DNA of 63,209 nt, the filler included, from Collodictyon triciliatum (Eukaryota), in assembly GCA_043381765.1 (NCBI GenBank). It is 7 parts of 7 records of this genome, joined end to end, with 100 filler letters (N's around TTAATTAATTAA, not from the genome) between each part and the next. Parts side by side here need not be neighbours in the genome. Positions count along the whole stretch, not along the records: positions 27,533 to 36,595 come from JBHJMP010003171.1; positions 36,696 to 45,767 come from JBHJMP010003172.1; positions 45,868 to 54,932 come from JBHJMP010003177.1; 4 more parts are not named here. One strand, 5' to 3'. Of this stretch, positions 36,521 through 48,899 are shown piece after piece. The notes beneath the pieces were generated by a model. That model saw only the letters and a program-made list of their open reading frames with translations. It ran no database searches and was not told the DNA's origin. Numbering within the stretch: the first letter of the stretch is position 1; each line of letters starts with the position of its first letter. The translations under genes were made by a program, and so were the position numbers.

Positions 36521-37000
36521 TGTATGTATGTATGTATGTATGTATGTATGTATGTATGTATGTATGTATGTATGTATGTATGTATGTATGTATGTNNNNN
36601 NNNNNNNNNNNNNNNNNNNNNNNNNNNNNNNNNNNNNNNTTAATTAATTAANNNNNNNNNNNNNNNNNNNNNNNNNNNNNNNNNNNNNNNNNNNNAAGAA
36701 AAAAGGAAAAAGGAAAAAAAGGAAAAAGGAAAAAAAGGAAAAAGGAAAAAAAGGAAAAAGGAAAAAAAGGAAAAAGGAAAAAAGGAAAAAGGAAAAAGGA
36801 AAAAGGAAAAAAGAAAAAGGAAAAAAGGAAAAAAGGAAAAAAGGAAAAAAGGAAAAAAGGAAAAAAGGAAAAAAGGAAAAAAGGAAAAAAGGAAAAAAGG
36901 AAAAAAGAAAAAGGAAAGACGAAAAGAGGAAAAAGGAAAGACGAAAAGAGGAAAAAGGAAAGACGAAAAGAGGAAAAAGATGAAAAAGAGGAAAAAGGAA
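36491..37000. repeat. (TATG)n to 36595 and (GGAAAAAA)n-type polypurine tract 36696-37000, on either side of a spacer; (CATA)n at 56949-57048
   Basis: Seen directly. Confidence 0.92.
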
Positions 37001-38695
37001 GGAATGGTAGGTAAGCTTCACTAATAAACTGCAAACTATTGCTGGCTGATTTCTCATGAGGCTCATCTCCACACAGTTCTATGATGATTTTTTGATTTCA
37101 TTTCAACAGTTTATTGAGAGAAAAACAGACAGCTCTACAATGAAAATGCGATCCCTTCACGCACATGATAGTAGTTCATTTCTTAAGCCCTTTTCCAACA
37201 GGAGAATTATATAGGGTGAAGTGGCCGAAGCTACGACATGATTAAGCAGCAGCCGCGACCAAAGAGTAGGATAGAGGGATGTGGTGGTCTCTGCACACGG
37301 ACGACAGAGTGATCTGCCGGTCATACGTTGAGCATTGGCCGGGGTACTCGCACAGGAAAAGAAAGGCGTACAGCCTGTTCTGTGCTTCGAAGTCAGACCC
37401 AAACCATTTACAACCCTTTTTGAACACGTCACTTGATCTGTGCGTCAAAGTCAGACCCGAAAGTCCTTCACCCTTCTTGAGTCGCGGGCAAGTTTGTTCC
37501 GAGCTTATGAACTTTGCTGTTTTCCATGAAAAGCAAGTGTCATGTATGCATAATATTTATACTATTCACCATAATTGATGTCATAGAAGTATATCATGGA
37601 CAGATTAAGTGTATTTAAAAGATAATATTTATTTCCCACATTAAACATATGTATTTGGAAATTATAGTATAGAATTATTGAAATCAGTAAATATAGGATC
37701 TATACCATATATATTTCATATTAATATATAATTATTGCGCATAATATAAATATTTTGATTGACTAGAAAGATAGGAATAAGCTACAGCAAAACACTTCAT
37801 AGTCAAATATAGCTGGTGTCTAAATTGGTGCACGATATATACCATATATTAAGTACGCCATACATATTCAAGCGTTCGAATCCAATTCAAAAACAGGCGC
37901 TCATCCGGTTATGCAAGTTCGACATCCGCTATTTTTGGCACAAAAGGGCTGCACTAATTGCGGAAATCCACACAGAAAGTCCCAAATAGCGTTCTTTCTT
38001 TTGGAAAGGCCTTTGACAGAAACAAAGAGCAACAGACGGAGCGGAAGTCGCGACACATCGCGCAGAGGTCAGTGGAGCCGTTCTTTCTCTTTGGGCGTGA
38101 GGCAAGCGAACAATTTGAGTTGCAAAGGAGGGTTTGGCGAAACGAGGGTGTTAAATGCGATGGGGGCGGACAGACATGAAATCCATGGTTGCCAAGCAAA
38201 GAAGCCGTGGAAAAGACTTGACGTTTTTTTTTTTTCTGTCTTTGTCTTTCAAAAAGCTCTTTTTTTTTCCCAACATCCCAGCTATATCCTCACAAAACAT
38301 GACGCTGGTGAAAAAAAAAAAGGAAATAAAAAAGTGAAAAATTCCTCAAACTGCAACGAATCAAAAGTGATCGCAAAGAACTGATATATATATATTTCCA
38401 GAACTTCATTTATCGCGTTAGAGAACACATCAATTATTTTTTTTTCTTATTTCTTCTCGAAATGAAAGTCTAATGACTCCGAAAAAAAAAGAAGAAAAGA
38501 ACAAACCCCTAATATCATTATTGGGCTTTTTCCTTTCAATACTCTTTCCTTGGTGGTCAATCCAACATCATCAGAGCTCTTTTGTTTTTAAAATCAGTCC
38601 AGAAAATCCCAACAAACGCCTACCACAATCGCCCTTTCTGCCACACACAACCCCTCCCTGAAACCCTGCGTCTTATTGTAAAACGCAGCTCAGCA

Positions 38696-41357
38696 ATGGA
38701 GGCCACAGAACACATTGGCGATTATCTGATGGGACGAACCATAGGAAAAGGCAGTTTCGGACGGGTCAAGATTGGGTGCCACCTGAGGACCGGCGAAAAG
38801 GTTCGTTGTCCATGATTTTGTTCCTTATCACCCACGGGTGTGGTTCATTTTCTCTTCTTTCCTCCTTTTATACATATATACATCTAAAAGTTGTAATTCG
38901 TACTTGTCTTGGATACAAGAAACAACCATCCTTCTTTTCTTCCCATTATATCATGATTTCACATAAGCTGTATTTCATTTTAATGTGCGTTTTAATCTTG
39001 ATTCATTTGTGGCTGCTCTTTTTTCTTCCCTTTCGCATCGTTATTCCAGGTGGCCATCAAAATAATCGAAAAGACCAGAATTGGTTCGTAGAAATAGACC
39101 TGAATAATTGCAAAATACTACAAAAAAAAATGACACCCTTTTAGACATCTGCCTCCTGAAACCTTTGTTAATTGTCTCTTCAGCATTCGTTTGAACATAT
39201 TGAAATCGTCGCTGGCAACGTTTCCTTAATAATTACCGACTCTATATCTATGATAGCGGAGCAAAAATCCATGCTTCGATTGCGCCGCGAGATTGCCATA
39301 ATGCGGATTCTCCATCACCCTAATCTCATTCGCCTGATTGATGTAAATCTTCCTGCAGTGAAAGCCATACAAGAACGAAAATGATGACCATCAACAATCA
39401 CAAATGGATATTTGATATTGAAACTGAATCCACAATATGAATCCAACATGACTGGCGTCACATCTACCCGATCTTAATAGATTTTGATTGTATAAAACAT
39501 GCCTTGCTCTTTTGAAAGTTGCAATTGGATAAACACACACTCGAATATAGGTGAAAGAAACAACCGACAAGATTTACATAATAACCGAATATGTGGCTGG
39601 AGGAGAACTGTATGAATACATTCTATATCATCGGCGAATCCCAGAGCAACGGGCAAGAAAAATCTTTCGTGATATAGTCGATACCATCTCTTTCGTTCAT
39701 GGAATGGGAATAACTCATCGGTGGGCATTCTCGAAACGAAAATTCATAGATTTGAGTCGAAATAAGTTTAAAAATTTCAGACGATTTTTTTATTCAGTAG
39801 CCGAATGAGAGTCAAACTTAAACCAATTTACATATGTTGTTGTATCGTTAACTTCATAATTTATAGTCAACAATACAACATGTGTCTTTTTTTTTTAATC
39901 GATCTAATGAAAGTACAATTTTTTTGATGTTCTTCTTTTCCTCTAATGCTGAAAACATCCTGCATTTTGGATTTCATACAGAGATCTGAAGCCTGAAAAT
40001 ATCCTGATGGACCGCAGACGCGGAATCAAGATTATTGACTTTGGACTTTCAAATGTTATCCAGTCTGAAGAAATGCTTAGTTCACGGTTCGTTATTCATA
40101 ATATTTTATCTTTTTTTTTTATGCAAAACAGCCGATCATGAATTATTGTTTTTTTTTTAATTGTCTCCACACAGAGAATAAGAGATTGTTTTACTGACAG
40201 GTGTGGATCACCTTACTACGTGGCTCCAGAGATTGCACAAGGCAAAAAGTATACCGAATCTGCAGATATCTGGTCGCTAGGAATCATCTTATTCACTATG
40301 TTGACAGGAGACACACCGTTTGCTGACGAAAACGTTGGACGTCTCTTGGGGAAAATCATTCTAGGGAAATTCCAGATGCCGACATACCTTAGCGCAGGCA
40401 TGCAAACACATAAATGATACCCATCCACATAAGAAAGAAAGAAAGAAAGAAAGAAGAAAAAGCTCACGCCAGTATCATCACGATAAAACACCATCACCAC
40501 AACATAATCCACCCCTTCCACATTTTTTTCATTTTCACACAGACGCACAAGACCTCCTTGGCCGCATCCTGCAGACAGAGCCCTCAGCCCGAATCACGCT
40601 GGATCAACTCCGCCGCCACCCGTGGATGCTGCCGTCGCAGTACTCAAACATCTTCGACCACGTCACTCCAACGGTTCGCCCGCTGGACGCAGACGTGATT
40701 GATCTGATGCACGCACTGGGATGGACCCACCAGCGCATCACCGATGCCGTTCTTTCCGAGCCTCATAGCGGCATGGCACGGATGTACCGCATGCTGCACT
40801 TCCGCAAGCGCACGCGCGACTGTCCGTCGTCCGGCCTGGCCATCGACCCGGTGCTGCACGACTCGGCCAATGCCCTGCGCAGATGCTCCGTGGAGAAGCC
40901 GCCAACCTCGTCGCTGGCAAAGACCATCAGTGCATCCAGGGCCACGGCCGAGACAGATACGTCCCCGACAAGCCTGTCGCCACTGCTTCGGCCGCTGTCG
41001 TCTCGCTCGGCCCTGGACCGCTCTCCAGCCTCGTCTGTCTCGCCCTCTTCGCGTCCGCACTCCCGCTCCACACACGACCGCTCGGCAGAACTCACCACCC
41101 CCGACCGCCCGGCTCTTCCGCATCCGCCCCGTCTCCAGCCGATATCTACGCCTTCGCGCAGGCGCGACTCGGAACAGGCGTCTCCGACAAGGACGGCAAC
41201 CACAGACGATGACAACGACGATGATGCGGAGCTGAGTCTCGAGATAGTCATCCACGACCACAGTGCGCAGAGGCAAAAGCCGATGCCCATGCACGGTCTT
41301 GTGTATCGTCCCCCAAAGGGCCCTGCGTCTGCATCTGCGTCTGCATCTGCGTCTTAG
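38696..41357 (+). CDS. AMPK-related (CAMKL; MARK/SNF1/BRSK-like) Ser/Thr kinase with UBA domain and low-complexity tail
   Basis: IGKGSFGRVK, VAIK, REIAIMRILHHPN, HRDLKPEN, DFGLS, CGSPYYVAPE and DIWSLGIIL. UBA-like LDADVIDLMHALGW...MYRML. No KA1 domain visible. Confidence 0.92.
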
Positions 41358-41627
41358 GCGCTTCTGTGAGGCGGCTTGCTCTCGTTGGCCTGTACGTTGT
41401 GCTTGCTCTGATGAACATCATTTTTTTTCTTTCGATGCTTTTGTTTTTGCTTTTGTTTTCTTCCTGGGGGTTCTTGCGTTTTCCATCCTTTGCACGAAAT
41501 CACATAACTGTGGGCTGCGAAGATAGTAGATAAATAAATCATTCACGAAACCGAATGTGGTATTGGATGGTGAAGAGAGGGAATGAAGAAGTCGTAAGTT
41601 TATATATACAACTATTCCAACTACCAG

Positions 41628-43049
41628 CAAAACAGTCCATCAAGCTCTTTTGACGCACACTTCACGAGTTGCAGCCAGTTCTTCTGCTTCCAACACTGGT
41701 GCGGAAAAACCCCGAGTTGCACGCAAGCCAGGAAAATCCGTGCAAGGAAGCCGCCTGCGAGTTTGTCTGAGCGGACAGTATTTTTGCACGGAGTCGAGCA
41801 AGTATTTTACAACAGGAACAAGACTTGCAGGCTCACTGATGCGCTCGCCTCCTTCTTGAAAGCGAACAAACCTTGGGAAGAGTCCATCCAATTGCGATTA
41901 CCAGAAAGCGAAGGCCTTTGCCTGATCGCCTTCCCCACTGCAGAAAACGCCCGAAAGCTTCTGGAGCCGAAGCAGGTAAGTTTGAGTAATGTTACGAGCA
42001 GCTTCAGCAGAAGTAAACCAACAGAGACCTCGGTGATGCTCTAACAACTACCGCTGGACGTGCGGCCGCAACTCCTTCGTGAGGAGCTGAAGCCGTTCAG
42101 ACCGACCCACGTGGAGATCAAAAAGGACAAATGCTTCTTCACAGACACGGCCGTGGTGAAGCTTCTTTGCCATAAGAACCAGCTCCCTGCAAAGTTTACG
42201 GTCATGGGTAAGAAGTGTCCAAAGCGCATCCTCAAAGAGCGTCCGCCAGCCGCGAACAACGAGAGACAAGTAAAAGCCCTGCAAAAGAATACACCTGCCA
42301 AGCAGACAAGCAGCAACGGGGTCAAGGAAGCCAAGGCCAGGCAACAACAGAGTCCGCAAGACTCACAGCAGATACGCACATGCAGCGACAGCGACGATGA
42401 CATGGAAGGAAATCTCGGTTCCTCTTCAAAAATCTTCTCACTTGAGCCTCCATCGCCAACACCGGACAAGCCCGCACACCGCAAGACCCAAGAGCAGCGC
42501 ATCTCCAAACCCCGAAAGAAACCCCCCTTAAACTACCCATTCAGACTGACGTGAATATGGTTAACACAGGAGGCATCAAGGCAGTCTTCGTTACTTATCC
42601 GAAAAGATACTCCAAAGTGAAGGCAACACAAGAACCAGCGCCCACCAAAGATAGTCCGTTTATGCTGCCCCAGCCCATCGCACCGAGAACCAAGGAGCAA
42701 GAGCAAACAGCGCAAGTCGAATCCAAGCTTGGAACTTCACACACCAAAGACAGTCCGAGCAAGCAGGAGCGTATGTTTCTAAAACCACAAACGCGTATCC
42801 ATACTCCTGTTAAACAAAGTCCACGGCCGGCTACGCATGGTTCCCGAAACCAGGGGACGGTCAAGCTCCACTTCCGATAATACCAGACAAACAACGATGC
42901 ATCGCTTTTTGTCTGAGTCACCCAGCAAGAAACGTAAGGAAAGTGACTTGTTTTCCCCCAAAAGACTCATCCAGTGGAATGAAATAGTATGTAAATCTTG
43001 TCTGAGATGGACGGTTGAAAGGACTCGTCGGAATCGATTTGAGAAGTAA
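41628..43049 (+). pseudogene. Interrupted reading frame with two RRM-like segments, a low-complexity region, and PIP-box-like and NLS-like motifs
   Basis: ERTVFLHGVE...LCLIAFPTAENARKLL and SVML*QLPLDVRPQLLREELKPF lie in one frame with TAA at 42042-42044. Coding-like sequence continues in shifted frames (42551, 42837; QTTMHRFL, SPSKKRKE). Confidence 0.4.
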
Positions 43050-43519
43050 CTTCCATGTGGGTACTTTCATCGACCCCAACAACTTTATCCGCTCTCCTGT
43101 CAATCTCGAACACAGCCAGAAATCGCATTGGAGCTCAACCACTTCGGGTAGAATAGTCTGCATGAGAAAATACTTTCTCTCCTTTCTATCCTTTTTTCTT
43201 TTATTTTTCCAAAACACAAAAACTAACACACAATCCGGGGGTTTCACGGATTTGTCCACAGCTCATTTCTTGTCCTAGAGGCGAAGGCGGTTTCCTTGGT
43301 TCTGTTTTCTCTCAATAAACTGATGAAAAGAAATAAAAAAAAAAGTGTTCCATGATTCTCTCTTTTAAACCGTTTTATACTCTGGTATTATTGATTTTTA
43401 TTGTCATAAGGACCAAAAATCGGAGCAAGAGCGTGTGAGGCCAATAGAAAAGGAATAAGGATGTTACAGGCACCGAGAGCACCTCATCAGATTCTTCAAT
43501 TGAATCTACCAATCAGAAA

Positions 43520-45296
43520 TTAACCGTCGTCAACATAATATACATCCCTCTGAATCTCGCACTTCCTCGTGTCCAGTTGTTTCAAGTTGACTTTTACAGT
43601 CATCCTCACTTCCAGCACCCTCCGTCACCCCATAAAATGCTGGTAGCTGAATAATCTACAACATGAAATACAAATGACTTGGAGTAAAATGTGGATGTGG
43701 AACGCAAAAGGAATTGATGAATCAAGTGTAGTTGAGAAATGATGCAAACAATCTATCCAATCGATCGATTTTATTCGGCCCGTCAATAGCTATCTCACCT
43801 GGTTATTTGTCACATCTAGCTGTTGGAGATAGCAAAGTCGGTTGATTGAATCGGGTATATTTGTGAGCTGGGGCATATGAAGAAGGGCGTTCAGCGATTT
43901 TCGTAAATAATATATACTGTCTTGTGTATATTAATAAGTCTCATCCTCCATGTAAAGTATGCTACCTTGTTATTTGCGATGTCCAACCTAACAATCGAAG
44001 AAATATGACAAATTGACTCTGGCAGCTCTACAAACTATCACGTATCGAATCTGTTAGTGATTTTGCCCAACTGAATGATTCTGCATTTAACTCATTCATT
44101 ACGTGGTTTCTTCTGAGACATAAATACGTCAGGTTTTGCAAAAGGGAGATGCTCTCTGGGAGTTTTTTTAAGTTCATGCCGTACAGACTTAGCGTAATAA
44201 ATCTTATATGCAACTCAGTTGGTGTCCATTCTGGCGTTGTTATCAATTCAATCTGTTTTTATTCTTTTGATGAGTTGCTTCCTTTTCTTTAAAAAAAAAT
44301 ATATGCTAGATTACAGTTACCAACCGTATCACACAACTCGACAGCGCGTATTATTATCTTCTTATTCAGCCCTTTCTTCCAGCAGGGGAGATTCGAGATT
44401 CCGCGAGGTACTCTTTTGATAGTTTTATCCAAATAGCCTTCTATTAAGAGCTCCTGCAAACTCTTCAGCGTTGTGATTTGTGATGGAAGCTCTTCCATCT
44501 ACATGAAATTCATTAGTCTCATACTGTTTTAACATGCCTGATGAAAGAGAAAACTCACCGGATTATTGCCCACGTTGAGATGTGTGAGACAAGTTAAGCG
44601 TGATATTTCCGGAGGCAGATATGTCAGCAAATTTTTGTAAATACTAAGGTATTTTAGACAAACCAAACAGGATATCACTGAAGGAATTGAGGTCAAATTA
44701 TTGGAGCCAACATCCATCGATACAAGAGCCTTCAAGGTTGATATCTCTGTGGGAATGGAGGACAGCTTGTTGTCATACATATGAAGATATGCAAGGCTTT
44801 CTAATTTTGATATGTCTGGTGAAAGCGCTGATAATTGATTGAAACTGATATCAAGATAGGTGACTGCCTTCATGTATGACGTTTCTGGCGGGAGATATGT
44901 GAGCTTATTATCGAAAATACTTAGATACTTGAGCCTAACCAACCCGGGTATCTTTGGTAGGATTGAGGATAGACAGTTTGAACTAACGTCCAAATAAGTG
45001 AGACTTGTCAAGCATGATAACTCCAGCGGAAGGGATGTTATTCGGTTAATACTTACATCAAAATATATGAGACTTGTCAAGCATGATACCTCTGGTGGTA
45101 GGGATGATAGCTGGTTTTCCGAAAGATCCAACTCGACCAAACGATGGAGCAGGAAGATCCCCCGTGGAACAGAAACCACACGGCTTGACTGGAGCCTAAG
45201 CTTTGTGCAGTTTTCGAGTCTTCCAAACAGCCCACCAGGCGAATACTCTGCTTTGAGCGTTTTCAGCTCTCCGAGAAGCGCAAGTCCACCACTCAT
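43520..45296 (-). CDS. Leucine-rich repeat protein LRR-2, paralog of LRR-1
   Basis: The N-terminus LGELKTLKAEYSPGGLFGRLENCTKL aligns with LRR-1 FAELSELQPTYKPDWFFSALENCTEL. About ten LRRs end VGNNP|gt, followed by IKRVPRGISNLPCW, further LRR exons and an acidic tail. Confidence 0.85.
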
Positions 45297-45549
45297 TTAA
45301 GCCGAAGCAGAACGGAGGCGGTTGGCAGGGTTCTGCTTTGTTGTGCCGATTGTGACTTGGTTCGCGTAATTGGGCTCAATGTTCAGATGTAGGTGCGTTA
45401 TGGAAAAGCTGGAGGCGGTAGCCGTGCCTTATCGTGAGGAAGCAGTGATTGGGCAAGGCGAGTAAAATAACCCCCAAGACACTCCAGCTCTTCGATCTCG
45501 TCTGGTTTCATTCAAGCATCGATCCCTTCGATCTCGTCGGGAACAACTC

Positions 45550-45724
45550 ATGGAGCCCGACTCGAGTGTGGAGGTCGAAAGCGCAAGCTTGGGAACAACA
45601 CACTCGAACGCACGAGAATCGAGTACACAACTCGACCAAAGCCCCTCGGCCACACCGATCTGCCGATCAAAGAGAGCCCAGGAGCAGAACCTGTACGGAG
45701 CCGGCTGCTACGTCCGCCTTCGAG
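45550..45724 (+). CDS. Possible first exon of an unidentified gene, divergent from LRR-2 and cut by the spacer
   Basis: ATG-initiated GC-richer ORF MEPDSSVEVES...CYVRLR followed by a strong donor GAG|GTAAGC. No recognisable homology. Confidence 0.35.
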
Positions 45725-46210
45725 GTAAGCACAAACTGCCCCAGAACCACGAAGCCCACAACCAAGCNNNNNNNNNNNNNNNNNNNNNNNNNNNNNNNNN
45801 NNNNNNNNNNNTTAATTAATTAANNNNNNNNNNNNNNNNNNNNNNNNNNNNNNNNNNNNNNNNNNNNCACTCCCCTTTCTCTTTCTCTTCGCTCTGTGTT
45901 TGGCAAGACGGAGTCGCTCGCGCAGTTCCTGGTTGCTCTGATCCTTGTGGGTTTCCTTTGTGCTGCGGCTGCGGATATGGTAAAGCGGAAAGGTCGCAGA
46001 GGGAAAAAAAGCGTCACGAAGAGAGTAACCCTGTCTCCTTTTCTTTTTATCCTTTTTCCTTTTCTTTTTCTTTTTCTTTTTCTTTTTCTTTTTCTTTTTC
46101 TTTTTCTTTTTCTTTTTCTTTTTCTTTTTCTTTTTCTTTTTCTTTTTCTTTTTCTTTTTCTCTGTTTTCCTCTTCGCTTGCTCACTAAAACATAACTCCA
46201 GACGAAGAAG

Positions 46211-47897
46211 ATGCAAGCTGAAGAAGTCGTCAAACATGCAAAGGTAAGGTCTTGTGTTAGACGTTGGAGATGGCATATGCCTTACATATTCTAATCATTT
46301 AGGCGTCTCTTACCCCTGCATATGGAGCCCTAGAGTCTGTCAGCTTCGATGGGTAAGGATTATGGTTGCTTCTTTTCTATCTTCTTTATCACCTTCCCAA
46401 GAATATCTTAAAACATGTATCACTTAATTGTGCCACTTGAAAATGAATTTAATCTTCATTATTTATGAATTTATTATCATGGCCAATCTAACAGTATGCG
46501 CCCTTTTGACTATAGTAATATTTCCTTGCGTAATTCTGATTGTCATATATCTCAGACCAACTATTTTCCCCTTCGTTGAGTATTATGAGTTTCACTAAGT
46601 TTGTCTTTAAACAGAACACAGGCACATATTCGGTATGTAAATATTGCAGACATGACTGCAGAGCAGAAGGATTTTTGCTTGAGTCTTCTAAGGGAGAATC
46701 TGAAAGACATGTGAGCTTTACTTTTGGGTTTTTCAATTACTTTAACGTCGAAACACGTGATATGTATATCGTATCTCTTTTCGCATGCTTTATTATCTAT
46801 ACTGCTCATTTTTTATAACTACATAAATGAAATGAGAACAAAAGATCGATGAACTATTCATTTATTTATTTATTTTAAAAAATAAGGTATGAAGACGCGT
46901 GGGGGTGGGATGAAGAACATAAGAAGGAGGAGCTTTTCGACTCGAATAGCCGTTTTCTATTTGTCGAAGATGATACAAGTCCACAGCCCCTTGGATATGT
47001 GATGTTTCAGTTCTTGGTGGATGACGATTTTCCTGTCTGCTACTGGTAGTGAAGCAATGGCGTGATATCTCCACTCTTTTCTTTTGATTTTGTTCATGGG
47101 AATGCATCGTATCTGAGTTTTAGCTACATATGAAGGATTACATAGCTAAATCGTATGTGTGTGTTTTTATTATACAATCCATGGCATCTAATTTATCCCC
47201 ATCGAATCCAACCATTATCTCTCATACCCACAGTTTTGAGTTGCAAATATCACCACACGCACAGGGAAAGGGTATTGGCAAGAAACTCATGGAGGTGTCT
47301 TTCTTATTCCATGTCTAGTAAGGAAAAAAGCCAGAGTTGTAATCCTCTTCGACTAGTATTGCACCTAACAGATGATAATTATGTCGCATAGATACTATGC
47401 GATATTGCCAAGGTGAATAAAATGGTTTTTGTGGTGTTGACGTGCTTTAAAGGTGACTATAATTATTCTTAGAGTGCCAATTAACAAAATATCCCTTAAA
47501 GTTCCTGTAGCTCAATATCGTAGGATACCTTGTCTCCTTCTCCTTTTATTTCTTAATTTAACAAAAATTCACGATATCTTCTTTTTTAAAAATAATCATT
47601 TCTGCATCGCAGCTAATACGAAGGCAATATCATTTTATGAGAAAATCGGGTAAGTATTTGATAATCTTATTTTGGGCTTCAATAGATTATTTTTTTATGT
47701 TTATTATGTACTTTAATTTTTCAATCAAATGAAAGTGAGGAAACTATTTAATATTTTATTTTATGTTTATTCACGTTTGAATACCACGCCAAAAAAGATT
47801 TGATGAACACTATGAAACGGATCCAAATGACCCTGAAGAGGCTGCTCTCCCGCATGTCATTATGAGTAAATGCATACCAGAGTTTTATCGGAGATAA
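46211..47897 (+). CDS. NAA40: N-alpha-acetyltransferase 40 (NatD, histone H4/H2A N-terminal acetyltransferase); multi-exon, one or more micro-exons unresolved
   Basis: LLRENLKDMYEDAWGWDEEHKKEELFD, GYVMFQF, VCYCFELQISPHAQGKGIGKKLME, VVLTCFKANTKAISFYEKIGF. TAA 47895-47897. Confidence 0.88.
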
Positions 47898-48899
47898 AGT
47901 GTTTTGTTCAAACATATTAAAAAGTAGACAAAATCGGCATTATTGTGGAATGCAACCAATTTTGAACTTTTGATGAATACAATTTCTGGTGTGCATACAA
48001 AAAAAAAAACGAGTAAATCTTAATTGACAGAAAAAATACATTAATATTACACAACTTGGTAATCTTTCACTTAGAAGAGCTGTTAGTATTAATATTATTA
48101 TTATTGTTGTTATTGTTATTGTTTTGTTTTGTTTTGTTTTGGATTTTTCTGTCGAGGTATCGCCCATTCTTGTCAACCAATCCGCGAGTCTATTAATCCC
48201 CTCTTTTTTTATACAAAAACAAAAACAAAAACCATCAAGTATAATAGCACAATTAAAACCATAATGACCACCATTGGTTGATGAGTACAAAGCAACCGTC
48301 ATAAATGGACTTTGTTGGCACCCCAAGCGATCCGATATTCGCCGAATTCTAAATCACATCACGAGAATCCCTGTTCACAAAAACATATTTTTTTTTTTTA
48401 TGCTTTGTATGTATCACCGTTGTCTGGATGCATGTTCACAATCATCTTGTGCCACAATATCTATTTACTGATACAGTTGCAGCTGAAGAGTAATGCGTTA
48501 TGATATTAACTAATTGTGCAGAAGGAAACCTTTGCATAATGTATCCTGCGTTGTGTATACCATTATCTATAATTGTGAAAAGAAAATCCTCAAATGCCTC
48601 ATATTTTCTGAAACAAAGTCTTTCTTTTACTCTGTGGCGTAGTATTCACCAAAGGGTAAATAGTAAATGAGAATCGTGTGGTTCCAAACACTTTCGATGA
48701 GTATACCCAAGCGACGGGCGGCATTTATCGGTTGACGAACTGAAGTAGGGGTGTGGGTGTGGAATAAAACGAAAGAAACAAGAAATGAAATAAGAAGATA
48801 ACAGGTTGACGAACCAGGAATAAAGAATAAGAGAACTTTTTGAAGAGAACGACAAGAGCATAAGAACGGCGTAGGCTTGTCCCTGGGGAGAGCGACCGC

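Noticed and set aside
37872-37885. GTTCGAATCC B-box/T-loop motif (also GTTCGATTC at ~3195)
   Set aside because: No acceptor, D or anticodon stems could be folded around either; no tRNA supported.
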